Positions 24,601-38,665 of a stretch of 64,000 nucleotides of DNA are shown here, in pieces. The first letter of the stretch is position 1; each line of letters starts with the position of its first letter. The DNA is from Mobula hypostoma (lineage: Eukaryota), in the NCBI RefSeq assembly GCF_963921235.1, contig NC_086100.1:204478001-204542000 (forward strand). The letters are read 5' to 3'. The notes under the pieces are model-generated. The model worked only from the letters and a program-made list of their open reading frames with translations. It was not told the origin of the DNA and ran no database searches. A program made the position numbers and the translations under genes.

Positions 24601-24820
24601 ATCATGGTGCCATTAAATGTTCCTGCAGGCTCCGGTTCTATTGACGTACCTCAGTTTTTTTTGTGTAGGAAACTCAGCAGCTGTTTTAACGCAGAAACCA
24701 GCTCCCATAAAAAAATTGCTTAATATCAACAGGTATTCCGCGTAACTAATGCCGAAGTACAACCCTCTTACAAATGCAGATGTGAAACACAAGAGATTTT
24801 GCAGTTGCTGGAAATACAGA

Positions 24821-24865
<45 letters not shown>

Positions 24866-25602
24866 GGAGCAACTCTGCACTTCAGGCAGCAACTAAGCAG
24901 TGGAGTACACTGTCCATGCTGAAGGGGCTCTGCCTAAACTTTGTCTATTTATTCCTCTCCACATTTGCTGCCAGATCTGTTGATTTCCACCAGTAATTTG
25001 CAGAAATTAACCACCATTTTTTCATTCAACCAGTTTCCAAATGTTTCTGATCTTTCATTGGTAGCCATATCCTGCTGGACTGATTTCTCCTCCTCCTCAT
25101 AAACTCTAGACCCCATCTTTCTCTGGAGCCCCAAAGCCCTGACTCAGGCTGGCAACTCTGGTTTCTGAATACGCTCCATCGAAAATTCATTCGCTAGTCT
25201 GCCGTCAGACTTTAGAGGCGCATTGCAACAACCCAGCTGTCTGAGGCACAGTCCTTTGAAATTAGTGCAAATGACCCAAAACGTAGAAAAGAGCGGAGAA
25301 GGAGATTAAACACCTTCGTCCGGAGCCCTGGGGAACGTCAAAATCACAGTGAGCTCATCGTTTTATTCAGCCTGGAGAAAATCATGCAGGAAATTCATGC
25401 AAGTGTGTAAGATGATGAAAGCCATCGGTTGTGTGGATAGCCAGAGGCTTTTTCCCAGGGCTGAAACAGCTAACACGAAGGGGCAGAGGTTTAAGCTGCT
25501 TGGAAGTAGGTACAAAGGAGGTATCAGAGCTAAGTTTTTTAAACAAAGAGTGGTGTGTCTGTGGAATGCACTGCCAGCGATGCTGGTAGAGGCGGATATA
25601 AT

Positions 25603-26394
25603 TGCAAGGGGGTTTCGACTTTTATATTACTGCGGAGGCTAATTAAAATGGCGTCTTTGTTATGTTAATCTGGGGAATGCGGCTTTGTTGATTTAAACGC
25701 TGAGAAAGTTTGCGCTAACAGCTTGTTTTGGTTTAGAGTGTGATAAGAAATGTATCTTTACCCAATTGGGATAGTTGTTACGTTTTTGATTTATTTGAAG
25801 ATACTGTATGCGCGGGGTTTTGGGGCGAAGGCGGGAGAGCGAGACAGAGGATGGACGAAGTGCTGTGATGTCCGCTAACGGGGTCGGACCCGAGGAGGGC
25901 GTTCGGCGAGGAGACGGAGACGGAGACGGAGACGGAGACGGACTAAGGTGGCGCGTCTGGTCGACCACCGTTGTTGGTCCCAGGCGGCCGGTCGAGGTGG
26001 TCCGAGGGGAGTCGGAGGAGAGACGAGGAGGACGGTGGACGTGCTGAAAGGCTCCGGTCGATCACTTCGGGTGGTAGCGAGCCGTGAGTCGACAGGATCC
26101 GGGTGGTCGTCAGGAATCGATTGAGCTCCAAACGTTGCGCGCGAAGAACTTGGACTTTGATAAGTCTTGGCGCCTTTTTTTTTCATTACTTCCCTTTCTG
26201 TATCGAATTTATATTAATGTCATAGAATTAGTAATATCTATAAAGTGTACTTGTTAAAATTTACTGGGTGTGCTGGCTGATGATTGATGTTTGGGCTTGA
26301 TTCGGGCGGGAACCGACCCTGTGGGGAGTGTTGAGGCAGATGCTGGGTGGGATTTCTCCTAGACATATTCGAGCCAATATAACTGAACGTTACA
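25603..26394. mobile_element. Solo LTR inside a CR1 3' fragment (25390-26560)
   Basis: TG...CA ends, TAAT/CAAT 4-bp TSD, internal (GGAGAC)n. Confidence 0.7.
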
Positions 26395-26749
26395 CAATCG
26401 TTTACTTTTTAAGAAACTCTTAGATAGGTACATGGAGCTTAGAAAAATAGACGGCTATATGGTAGGGTAATTCTAGGCGTTTTCTAGAGTAGGTTATATG
26501 GTCGGCACAACATTGTGGGTCAAAGGGTCTGTAATGTTCTATGGATTTCTATGATTCTATGAAAGTCAAGGGAAGTCTCTTCTCCCACGGAGTGGTGACT
26601 AGTTGCAACAGGGAAGTGAGAGGTGAACGGTCGGGATAGATTTGAAAATACTGAACAGAAACATAGCCAGGGACCAGATGGGCCGAGTGGCCTCTCCAAT
26701 GCACATTGTGAGTGTGATAGAGACAGTAAGTACCTGAGACACGGGATTT

Positions 26750-27200
26750 GTACAGAACTGATTTATCTTTCACAGATCCAAAATATTAAACACCAGTGTA
26801 GGTTTAGGCTAACATCAGCAGAACAGACGCTCAGTGACCAGGGTTCAGTCCTGGGTGCGATGAGCAGCCACAAGAACTGCAGATTCTGTCAGTAATAGTC
26901 CCTCATGAACCTGCAGCTGCCTCCACTCACCATGATGGTTAAACATTTAACTCAGAGCTGATTTGAACTTCCTCCCTGATGTGAAGTTGCTGGTGTTGCC
27001 GCAGCGGGGATGATTAAGTAAAACTATTTGCTCACTCCGAACAGAAATGTGGTCTCTATTTATTGTGAGCTCATTGGAGCATCGGGTTAACTGAATGAGC
27101 CTCTTTGCACACGGAGCAGGTGAACGGCCGCTTCCTAGTGCGAAGCTATTGGTGTATCTGCGATGGCCAACTGAATCCCTTCCAAAATGAGAGCCAGTGA
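26750..27200 (-). pseudogene. Decayed 3' end (3' UTR plus degenerate finger) of a third ZNF paralog
   Basis: 26753-26886 matches 51717-51856. Degenerate finger [17 protein letters not shown] at ~27105-27160. Confidence 0.6.
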
Positions 27201-27304
27201 ATGACATCTCACTGCTATCATGCGTAAATTTGGCCACAGGGCCATCAACACTCATCCGATGCACTGACATAGAACGTAAACAGAAACGTTGCCAACACAG
27301 ACCC

Positions 27305-30300
27305 CTGCAGACCTCTGGGGTAGTAATCTCAGGATTGCTGCCTGCGCCACGTGCCAGCGATGAAGGAATAGCGTGATCAGGCGTATTAATGTGTGGCTGA
27401 GAGACTTGTGTAGGGGGCAGGGCTTCAGATTCCTGGATCACTGGGGCCTCTTCCAGGGGAGGCATGACCGGTACCAAAAGGACGGGTTACTCCTGAACAC
27501 AAAGGGGTCCAATATCATAGCAGGAACATTTAATAAAGCTGTTAGTGAGCGTTTAAACTAATATGGCAGGGAGATGGGAACCAGGGTGATTGGGCTGAGG
27601 AAGGAGAAAACAGAAATAAATCAAAGATAGTCATAGTCATACTTTATTGATCCCAGGGGGAAATTGGTTTTTGTTACAGTTGTACCATAAATAATAAATA
27701 GTAATAGAACCATAAATAGTCAAATAGTAATATGTAAAATTATGTCAGTAAATTATGAAATAAGTCCAGGACCAGCCTATTGGCTCAGGGTTTCTGACCC
27801 TCCAAGGGAGGAGTTGTAAAGTTTGATGGCCACAGGCAGGAATGACTTCCTATGATGCTCTGTGCTGCATCTTGGACAAATGAGTCTCTGGCTGAATGTA
27901 CTCCTGTGCCCACCCAGTACATTATGTAGTGGATGGGAGACATTGTCCAAGATGGCATGCAACTTAGACAGCATCCTCTTTTCAGACACCACCGTCAGAG
28001 AGTTCAGTTCCATCCCCACAACATCACTGGCCTTACGAATACGTTTGTTGATTCTGTTGGTGTCTGCCACCCTCAGCCTGCTGCCCCAGCACACAACAGC
28101 AAACATAATAGTACTGGCCACCACAGACTCGCAGAACATCCTCAGCATCGTCCGGCAGATGTTAAAGGACCTCAGTCTCCTCAGGAAATAGACACGGCTC
28201 TGACCCTTCTTCTAGACAGCCTCAGTGTTCTTTGACCAGTCCAGTTTATTGTCAATTCGTATCCCCAGGTATTTGTAATCCTCCACCATGTCCACACTGA
28301 CCCCCTGGATGGAAACGGGGTCACCGGTACCTTAACTCTCCTCAGGTCTACCACCAGTTCCTTAGTCTTTTTCATATTAAGCTGCAGATAATTCTGCTCA
28401 CACCATGTGACAAAGTTTCCTACAGTAGCCTTGTACTCAGCCTCATCTCCCTTGCTGATGCATCCAACTATGGCAGAGTCATCAGAAAACTTCTGAAGAT
28501 GACAAGACTCTGTGCAGTAGTTGAAGTCCGAGGTGTAAATGGTGAAGAGAAAGGGAGACAAGGCAGTCCCCTGTGGAGCCCCAGTGCTGCTGATCACTCT
28601 GTCGGACACACAGTGTTGCAAGCACACGTACTGTGGTCTGCCAGTCAGGTAATCAAGAATCCATGACACCAGGGGAGCATCCACCTGCATCGCTGTCAGC
28701 TTTTCCCCCAGCAGAGCAGGGCGGATGGTGTTGAACGCACTGGAGAAGTCAAAAAACATGACCCTCACAATGCTCGCTGGCTTGTCCAGGTGGGCATAGA
28801 CACAGTTCAGCAGGTAGACAATGGCATCCTCAACTCCTAGTCGGGGCTGGTAGGCGAACTGGAGGGGATCTAAGTGTGGCCTGACCATAGGCCGGAGCAG
28901 CTCCAGAACAAGTCTCTCCAGGGTCTTCATGATGTGGGAGGTCAATGCCACCGGTCTGTAGTCATTGAGGCCGCTGGGGCGCGGCATCTTCGGCACAGGG
29001 ACGAGGCAGGACGTCTTCCACAGTACAGGAACCCTCCAGAGCCTCAGGCTCAGGTTGAATACATGGTGAAGTACTCCACATAGCTGAGGGGCACAGGCTT
29101 TGAGCACCCTGGTGCTGACACTATCCGGTCCTGCAGCCTTGCTTAGGTTGAGATAGCATGCAGCAGAGATTATAGAAAGAACAAGCAGGAGATAAAGCTT
29201 AATCAAAGCCAGTGGCATGAGTTACAGGACAATAGAGTCGTGATGCCATTAAAATATAAAGCAACAAATACTGGCCTGAGAGTGTGGTATCTGAATGCAT
29301 GCAGCATAAGGAATAAAACAGACGATCTTGAAATTCAGCTACAGATTGGCAAATATGACGTTGTGGCCATTTGTGAAACTTGGCTAAAGAATGGCTGTCA
29401 TTGGGAGCTGAACATCCAATGATACAAGGTGCATCAGAAAGATAGGTTAGTCGCCAAATGAAGTCATGTGGCCCTGTGTACAAGAAATAATATTAAATCG
29501 TTGGAAAGAGATGACATAGAATTGGAAGGAGTAGAGTCTCAATGGGTTGAATTAAGAAATGGCAAGTGTAAAAGGACCCTAATGGCAGTTGTATGCAGGC
29601 CTACAAACAGCAGCTGGGATGTGGATTGCAAATTTAACAAGAAATAGAAAAGGCGTGTCAGAAAGGCAATGTCATGATAATCGTTGTGGATTTTAACAAG
29701 AAAGTGGATTTGGGAAAACCAGGTCAGTACTGGACCTCAAGAGAGAGAATTTTTTGAATGTCTAGAGGATAGCTTTTTAGAATAGCCTGTTGCTGAGTCT
29801 ACTAGGAGATCAGCTGTGTTGGATTCAGTGTTGAGCAATGATCCAGAGGTGATAAGAGAGCTTAAGGTTAAGGAACCCCTTGGGAACAGTGATCACAATA
29901 TGATCGAGTTCACACTGAAATCTGAAAGGGAAAAAGAAAATCCAATACGTCGGTATTTCAGTGGAATAAAGGAAATTACAATGGTATGAGAGGAGAACTG
30001 GCCGAAGATGACTGGAAAGGGACTTTTGCAGGAAGGACAGCAGAGCAGCAATGACTGGAGTTTCTGCGAAAAATGAGGCAAGTGCAGGACAGATTTTTTT
30101 TTCCAAATAATAAGAAATTTTCAAAGAGAAGAAGGACACTACGGTGGCTGACAAGTGAAGTCAGAGCCAAAGTAAAAGCAAAAGAGAGGGCATACAAGGA
30201 AGCCACAGCTAGATAGAGGATTGGGGAGCTTTTAAAAACTTGCAGAAGAAATCCAGGAAGGTCCTTTGGAAGGAAAAGATGAATTATGAGAGGAAATAGG

Positions 30301-31450
30301 TGACTAATATCAAAGAAGATACTGAAAGCTTTTTTAAGTATATAAAGGGTAAAAGAGATTCAAAGGTAGAAATAGAACCAATACAAAATGACTCTGGAAA
30401 TATTGTAATGATAGATGCAGAGAGGGCAGTGGAACTGAATGAGTATTTTGCATCAGTCTTCACAGTTGAAGACGTCTGCAGTATATCAGACAATCAAGAG
30501 TGTCAGGGAAGTGAAGTTTGTGCAGTGAAAATTACAACTAAGAATGTGCTCAGGAAGCTTAATGGTCTGAGTGTGGATAAATCTCCAGGACCTGATAAAA
30601 TGCACCCATTGGGTTCTGAAGGAAGTAGCTGGAGTTATTGCAGAGGCATTAACGATGATCTTTCAAGAATTGATAAATTCTGGGATTGCAGCAGATGACT
30701 GGAAAATTGGAAATGTTACCCCGCTATTTCAGAAGGGTCGGCGGCAGCAGAAAGGAAACTGTAGACCTGTTAGCTTGTCAGCAGTGGTTGGGAAGTTGTT
30801 GGAATTGATTGTTGAGGATGAGATTATGTAATACTGGGAGGCACATGACAAGATAGGCTAAAGCCAGCATGGTTTCCTGAAAGGAAAATCCTGCCTGACA
30901 AACCAACTGCAATTCTTTGAGAAAATGACAAGCAGGGTAGACAAAGGAGATGCAGTAAACGTGGTGTACTTGGTTTTTCAGAAGGCCTTTGACAAGGTGT
31001 CACACATGACCCTGCTTAGCAAGATAAGAGCCCATGGAATTATAGGGAAGTTACTAGCGTGGGTGGAGCATTGGCTGGTTGGTAGAAAACAGAGAGTGGA
31101 AATAAGGGGATCCTATTCTGGCTGGCTGCCGGTTACCAGTGGAGTTCCACAGGGATCAGTGTTAGGACCATTACTTTTTAAGATGTATGTCTATGATTTG
31201 CACGGTATTAAACGATTTGTGGCTAAATTTGCCGATGATACAAAGATAGGTGGAGGAGCGGGTAGTGTTGAGCAAAAAGTGAGCCTGCAGAGAGACTTAG
31301 ATAGTTTAGGGGAATGGGCAAAGAAGTGGCCAATGAAATGCAAAGTTGGAAAGTGTATGGACATGCACTTTGGTGGAAAAACAAAAAGGCCAGACTATTA
31401 TTTAGATGGGGAGAGAATTCAAAATGCAGAGATGCAAATGGACTTGTGCA
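27305..31450 (+). mobile_element. Old CR1 LINE (ORF1 end, EN, RT) split by a Rex element
   Basis: INVWLRDLCRGQGFRFLDHW; YLNACSIRNK; KAFDKV; GVPQGSVLGP; FADDTK; many stops. Confidence 0.85.
27631..29150 (-). mobile_element. Rex1/Babar LINE, 5'-truncated
   Basis: DYRPVALTSHIMK, FFDFSSAFNTI, GAPQGT, KFSDDSAIV. (CATAGT)n tail. TSD AGATAG at 27625-27630 and 29151-29156. Confidence 0.9.
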
Positions 31451-31479
31451 GGATAAGGATAAGGAGTCCTTGTGCAGGA

Positions 31480-34446
31480 TTCGGAGAAGGAAGTCTGAGA
31501 ATCGGAGCGGGAGTGTGGAGGAAGCCATTTTTAAATTTTTCGGGTTTTTTTCCCATCGGCATTCAGAGAGGCGGAACTGCGCAGGCGCGTGACGACGGGC
31601 AGTGAAGCGCGGAAGATTTAAAAGGAACACAGCCTTATACAACGGGCAACGTAGTTTGCGGGCGGCGGAGTGAGCCTGGAGCAGAGTGAAGGCTTAAGGG
31701 CTTCGGCTCAATGGGCTTAAGCGGAAAAGGGCGAGGCGAGGAAGGTTTGGTATTCATTTTTTGTTGTTATTTGAGGAGAGGGGGAAGTATGAGTGTGAGG
31801 GCAGTTTGTTGTTCTCAGTGCCGGATGTGGGAGGTCCTGGAGTCTCCCAGCCTTCCAGCCTCCCAGACGTCCACATCTGCGCCAGGTGCGCCGAGATGCA
31901 GCTCCTAAGAGACCGCGTTAGGGAACTGGAGCAGCAGCTCGAAGAACTTCGTCTGGTCAGGGAGAGTGAGGAGTTGATTGAGAGGAGTTACAGGCAGGTG
32001 GTCACACCGGGGCCACGGGAGGCAGACCAGTGGGTCACGGTTAGGAGGGGGAAGGGGAAGAGTCAGGTAATAGAGAATACCCCGGTGGCTGTGCCCCTTA
32101 ACAATAGGTACTCCTGTTTGAGTATTGTTGAGGGGGGGACAGCTTACCTGGGGGAAGCGACAGTGGCCGTGCCTCCGGCACAGAGTCCGGCCCTGTATCT
32201 CAGAAGGGTAGGGAAAGGAAGAGGAGGGCAGTAGTAATAGGGGACTCGATAGCAAGGGGGTCAGATAGGCGATTCTCTGGACGCAGTCCAGAGACCCGGA
32301 TGGTAGCTTGTCTCCCTGGTGCCAGGGTCCGGGATATTTCTGATCGCGTCCATGATATCCTGAAGTGGGAGGGTGAGGAGCCAGAGTTCGTGGTACATAT
32401 AGTTGCCAATGACATAGGTAGGAAAAGGGAAGAGGTCCTGACAGGAGAATATAGGGAGTTAGGAAGGGAGTTGAGAAAAAGGACTGCAAAGGTAGTAATC
32501 TCGGGATTACTGCCTGTGCTACGCAACAGTGAGAGTAGGAATGCAATGAGGTGGAGGATAAATGCGTGGCTGAGGGATTGGAGCAGGGGGCAGGGATTCA
32601 AGTTTTTGGAACATTGGGACCTCTTCTGGTGCAGGTGTGACCTGTACAAAAAGGATGGGTTACACTTGAATCCTAGGGGGACCAATATCCTGGCAGGGAG
32701 ATTTGCGAGGGCTACGGAGGTGACTTTAAACTAGAATGGTTGAGAGATGGGAATCAAATTAAAGAGACTAGGAGAGAGGAGGTTAGTTCACAATAGGGGG
32801 ATGGGAAGAAGTGCAGAGAGACAGAGGGGTGTAAAATGAGGGTAGAAGCAAAAAGTAGTAAGGTGAAAAGTAAAAGTGGCAGGCCGGCAAATCCAGGGCA
32901 AGCATCAAAAAGGGCCACTTTTCAACATAATTGTATAAGGGCTAAGAGAGTTGTAAAAGCGAGCCTGAAGGCTTTGTGTGTCGATGCAAGGAGCATTTGT
33001 AAAAAGGTGGATGAATTAAAAGTGCAATTTGTTATTAATGAATATGATAGAGTTGGGATCACAGAGACATGGCTCCAGGGTGACCAAGGATGCAAGCTCA
33101 ACATTCAGGGATATTCAATATTCAGGAGGGATAGACATGAAAGAAAATGAGGTGGGTAGCATTGCTGGTGAGAGAGGAGATTAACGCAATAGAAAGGAAG
33201 GACATCAGCTGGGAGGATGTGGAATCGAAATGGGTAGAGCTGCATAACACTAAGGGGCAGAAAACGCTGGTGGGAGTTGTGTACAGGCCACCTAACAGTA
33301 GTAGTGAGGTTGAGAATGGTATTAAACAGGAGATTCGAAATGCGTGCAATAGAGGAAAAGCAGTTATAATGGGTGACTTCAATCTACATGTAGATTGGGT
33401 GAACCAAGTTGGTAAGGGTGCTGAGGAAGAGGATTTCTTGGAATGTATGCAGGATGGTTTTTTGAACCAACATGTCGAGGAACCAACTAGAGAGCAGGCT
33501 ATTCTAGACTGGGTATTGAGCAATGAGGAAGGGTTAATTAGCAATCTTGTCGTGAGAAGCCCCTAGGGTAAAAGTGACCATAATATGGTGGAATTCTTCA
33601 TTAAGATGGAGAGTGACATAGTTAATTCAGAAACAAAGGTTCTGAACTTAAAGAAGGGTAATTTTGAAGGTATGAGACGTGAATTAGCTAAGATACACTG
33701 GCAAATGACACTGAAAGGGTTCATGGTGGATATGCAATAGCAAGCATTTAAAGATCGCATGGATGAATTACAACAATTGTTCATCCCAGTGTGGCAAAAG
33801 AATAAATCACGGAAGGTAGTGCACCCGTGGTTGACAAGGGAAATTAGGGATAGTATCAATTCCAAAGAAGAAGCATACAAATTAGCCAGAAAAAGTGGCT
33901 CACCTGAGGACTGGGAGAAATTCGGAATCCAGCAGAGGAAGACAAAGGGCTTAATTAGGAAAGGGAAAAAAGATTTCGAGAGAAAACTGGCAGGGAACAT
34001 AAAAACTGACTGTAAAAGCTTTTATAGATATGTGAAAAGAGAAGATTAGTTAAGACAAATGTAGGTCCTCTGCAGACAGAGACAGGTGAATTGATTATGA
34101 GGAGCAAGGACATGGCAGACCAATTGAATAACTACTTTGGTTCTGACTTCACTAAGGAGGACATAAATAATCTTCCAGAAATAGTAGGGGACAGAGGGTC
34201 CAGTGAGATGGAGGAACTGAGGGAAATACACATTAGTAGGGAAGTGGTGTTAGGTAAATTGAAGGGATTAAAAGCAGATAAATCCCCAGGGCCAGACGGT
34301 CTGCATCCCAGAGTGCTTAAGGAAGTAGCCCAAGAAATAGTGGATGCATTAGTGATAATTCTTCAAAACTCTTTAGATTCTGGACTAGTTCATGTGGATT
34401 GGAGGGTGGCTAATATAACCCCACTTTTTAAAAAAGAGGTGAGAGA
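31480..34446 (+). mobile_element. CR1 LINE 5' two-thirds, cut off at a rearrangement junction
   Basis: ORF1 CSQCRMWE...; EN GITETW, VYRPP, MGDFN; KSPGPDGLHPRVLKE; ends abruptly before the RT core. Confidence 0.88.
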
Positions 34447-34450
34447 GTAA

Positions 34451-36634
34451 CTTAATGCCAAAGTACGATCCACTTACAAATGCAGATATAAAACACGAGA
34501 TTCTGCAGTTGCTGGAAATACAGAGATGCACACACAAAATGCTGGAGGAACTCTGCAGTTCAGGCAGCAACTAAGCAGAGAAGTACACAGTCTAGGCATT
34601 CTGAAGGAGCTCTGCTTAAACGTTGTCTATTTACTCCTCTCCACATTTGTTGCCTGATCTGCTAATTTCATCCATTATTTTGCAGAAATTAATCACATTT
34701 TTTTCAATCAATCAGTTTCCAAATGTTTCTGATCTTTCATTTGCAGGCACATCCTGCTGATCTGATTCCTCTTCCTCCTCCTCGTAAACTCTAGACCCCA
34801 CCTCTTTCCGGAACCCAAAGCCCATGATTGAATGGCGGAGCAGACTCGATGGGCCGAATGGCCTACTTCTGCTCAAATATTTTATGATCTTATGGTCTAT
34901 TCCACTGATCGACCTGCCAAAGTGCAACCAATATTTCTGGGTATGTGACCCACTCAAATGAGAATTTAGCCTTTTCTATTTTTCTGAGCTTCTCATAAAT
35001 GTGTACAGTTTAGTTAGAATTTAGTTTAGCTCCAGAATTTCCACACAATTAAGAGTTTATTACACTTTTTATTTTTATTTTTGCACTACTTATATAATTT
35101 AATTACTTAATATGTATATTATTGCAATTCACAGTTGTTAAAATCTATTGTTATGAATTAGGTTCTATTGCTGCAGCAGAGACAATGAATGTCATGACAT
35201 GGGCCGGTGCTGTTAAACCTGATTCTGATATTGGTATGGGAGACCCACCACCGGTCACCTGATCCCGGTTACCGCAGTTCGTAATGCGAGATTGAAGCCC
35301 TTTCCATTTATTTGCATTCCTTCGAAATAACAACAGTTAAGTTTCCTTCCGAGCAGCTCAGTCTGTCTAATATTTCCACACAATTAAAATGGGGAATTTG
35401 TTTACTCTTATCACGTACTGAGCTACAGTGAAAATCTTGCCTGACGTACCATCCACACAGATCAATATATTACTACAGTACATTGAGCTAATATATGACA
35501 AAACAATAGATTGGACAGGCTAGATGCAGGAAGATTGCTCCCGATGTTGGGGAAGTCCAGAACGAGGGGTCACAGTTTGAGGATAAAGGGGAAGCCTTTT
35601 AGTACCGAGATTAGGAAAAACTTCTTCACACAGGGAGTGGTGAATCTGTGGAATTCTCTGCCACAGCAAACTGTTGAGGCCAGTTCATTGGCTATATTTA
35701 AGAGGGAGTTAGATATGGCCCTTGCGGCTAAAGGGATCAGGGGGTATGGAGGGAAGGCTGGTACAGGGTTCTGAGTTGGATGATCAGCCATGATTACACT
35801 GAATGGCTGTGCAGGCTCCAAGGGCGAATGGCCTACTCCTGCACCTATTTTCTATGTTTCTATATTTCTATGATACGCTAAAGGTTAACCTCCAGGTTGA
35901 GTCAGTGGTGAAGAAGGCAAATGCATTGTTGGCATTCATTTCTAGAGGTATAGAATATAAGAGCAAGGATGCAATGGGGATGCTCCGTGAGACACCCATG
36001 ACATTACACAGACGAATGTGTGTAGTTTTGGGATCATTATTTTAGAAAGGATATACTAACATTGGACAAGGTTCAGAGAAGATTCACGAGAATGATTCCA
36101 GGAATGAAAGGATTACCGTATGAGGAATGTCTGGCAGCTCTTGGGCTGTATTTCCTGGAGTTCAGGAGAATGAGGGCGACCTCATGGAAACATTCCGAAA
36201 TTTAAAATGCCTGAACACATTAGATATGGCAAAGTTATTTCCCATGGTAGCGGACTCGAGGACAAGAGGGCATGACTTCAGAATTGAAGGACGCCCATTT
36301 AGAACAGAGAGGCGGAGAAATTACTTTAGTCAGTGGGTGGTAAATCTGTGGAATTTGTTGCCATCAGCAGCTGTGGAGGCCAAGTCATTGGATGTATTTA
36401 AGGCACAGATTGATAGGTTGTTGATTAGCCAGCGCATAAAAGGGTATGGGGTGAAGGCAGGGGAGTGGGGGTGACTGGAAGAATTGGATCAGCCCATGAT
36501 TGAATGGCGGAGCATATTCGATGGGCCGAATGGCGTACTTCTGCTCCAATATGTTATGGCTCTTATGGTCTATTCCACTGTTTTCACATGCCAAAGTGCA
36601 GCCAATATTTCTGGGTATATGACCCATTCATATG
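34451..36634 (+). repeat. Very recent segmental duplication of 61817-64000 (continues beyond the window)
   Basis: Constant 27,366-bp offset of all ORF calls; only a handful of substitutions visible. Confidence 0.95.
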
Positions 36635-37187
36635 AAAATTTAGCATTTTCTATTTTTCTGAGCTTCTCATAACTGTGTTCAATTTAGTTAACCTTTGGAC
36701 CAGAATTTCCACACAATTCAAAGAGTTTATTACATATTTTATTTTTATTTTTGCACTACTATGTAATTAACTATTTAATATGCATATTATTGTAATTCAT
36801 AGCTGTTAAAATCTATTGTTATGAATTAGGTTCTACTGCTGCAGAGACAACGGATTTCATGACATATGCCGGTGCTATTAAACCTGATTCTGATAATTGG
36901 TATGGGAGACCCACCACGGGTCACCTGATCCCGGTTACCGGAGGTCGTAATGCGAGATTGAAGCCTTTTCCATTTATTTGCATTCCTCAGAAATGACAAC
37001 AGTTCAGTTGTTTCCTTCTGAGGATCCAAAGAAGCTCAGTCTGTCTAATATTTCCACACAATTAAAATGGGGAATTTCTTTATTCTTATCACATACTGAG
37101 CTACAGTGAAAATCTTGCCTGACGTACCACCCACATAGATTAATACATTATGACAGTACATTGAGCTGATATATGACAAAACAATAA
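34821..37187 (+). repeat. ~690-bp direct repeat pair (34821-35508 and 36493-37187) separated by CR1 3' fragments
   Basis: Both copies run cccatgattgaatggcggagca...atatgacaaaacaata. Confidence 0.85.
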
Positions 37188-37589
37188 CTGTAACAAAGCA
37201 TTATGGCTGCAGGGAAAGTGCAGTGCAGATAGACATGTGGTGCAGGGTTTCGTCGAGTTACATTGTGAGGTCGAGACCATTTTATCGTACTGGAGACCAT
37301 TCATTTGGCGTATAACCGCAGACCGGTAGCCGTCCTTGAGCCTGGTGGTACCCGTTTTAAGGCTTCCCCGATGGGGGAGCGGTTTGCAGTGAGAATGTCC
37401 AGGTTGTGAGGATCTTTGAGTACATGGCTTTTGAGTAAATGCTTTTCCGAGGCAGGGGAAGTGTAGGAGGAGTCCATGGTGGTGAGGCTTGTTTCTCTGA
37501 TGTTCTCTGTTCTCTAAAGTTCTCTGCAGTTCCTTGCAGCCACGGGCAGAGAAGTAGCCCTACGAAGGCGTAAAGTATCGACAAGAAGC

Positions 37590-38270
37590 TGAGACACCTC
37601 GGCCTGTCTTGCATTGCTGGATTCTAGACTGCCTGCGAGATCGCCGGCAGGTCGTAAGAGTGGGCTCCCTCACCTCTGTCTCTCTGACCCTCAGCACACA
37701 TACCCCACAGGGTTGTCTCCTTGGCCCCCCCCTTCTTTACTCTGTGTATTCCCACAACTGTGTCGCCATCCACAGCTCCGATCTGCTAATTAAATTTGCT
37801 GACCACACTGCATTGATTGGCAAAAACTCAAATAATAACGAGGGAACCTACAGAGAAGAATTCATCACCCCGACACAGCGGTGTCAAGAAAACAACCTCT
37901 CCCTCATTGTGACCAAAACAAAGGAGCTGGTTGTGGATTACAGGAGGAATGGAGACAGGGACCAAATTCGACATTTCCAAGTCTGTTATTGACACAAAAT
38001 GCATATTTTAATACTAATCATGATACAATGTATTTTATACATTGTTACTGACAAAAACATATCTATAGATTGTTACTGACAGAGAATCGTATAATTTATG
38101 TTCTGTGTGTTATCTGAATGTACTTGCCTGTGATACTGCTACAAGTCAAACAACAGGAATTCTGCAGATGCTGGAAATTCAAGCAACACACATAAAAGTT
38201 GCTGGTGAACGCAGCAGGCCAGGCAGCATCTCTAGGATGCTACAAGTCAGTGTTTCTCACCTTCCTGTAC
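37590..38270 (+). mobile_element. L2/Rex-type LINE RT fragment containing a short Penelope-terminus insert (38149-38237)
   Basis: PQGCLLGP, IKFADHT, KTKELVVDYRR. 12-bp TSD TGCTACAAGTCA at 38137-38148 and 38238-38249. Confidence 0.75.
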
Positions 38271-38665
38271 TTGTGCAGTTGGTAGTAAATTCAACAGAAC
38301 CTGAGAAAACTCAAGTGAGATGAGCAGTGGATGATAATCTTGACAGCTCGGTAGGTCGAATGTATGAGACAGTAAACTTTTAAATGCAAAACCCTGAACA
38401 GTGTTGATGATCAGAGGGATCTTAGAGTCGAAGTTCATCGTTCCCTGAAAGAGACTGCACTGATTGATCGGGTGGTTCAGAAGGCAAATGGTATGGTTGT
38501 CATTATCAGTTGAAGTACTGAGTTCAAAAGTCGGGAAGTTGTGTTGCAGCTTTATAAAATGAGTTAGACCACATCTGGAGTGTTTCATACAGTTCTGGTC
38601 ACCCCATTCTCGGAAGGATGTCGGGGCTTTGACGAGGGTGCAGAAAAGGTTTATCAGGATCTTGT

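Larger units (their letters stand above)
7614..25139. repeat. Segmental duplicate (copy A) of the ZNF gene intron/promoter region 53923-62189, with copy-specific insertions
   Basis: Colinear matching blocks: 7614-8370~53923-54685; 9559-10410~54686-55590; 14390-14446~56030-56094; 14447-14947~59976-60797; 23927-25139~60793-62189. Confidence 0.9.

Noticed and set aside
24822..24860. (CA)n tract and its ORFs
   Set aside because: Ordinary microsatellite expanded from a short CA run seen in the paralogs.
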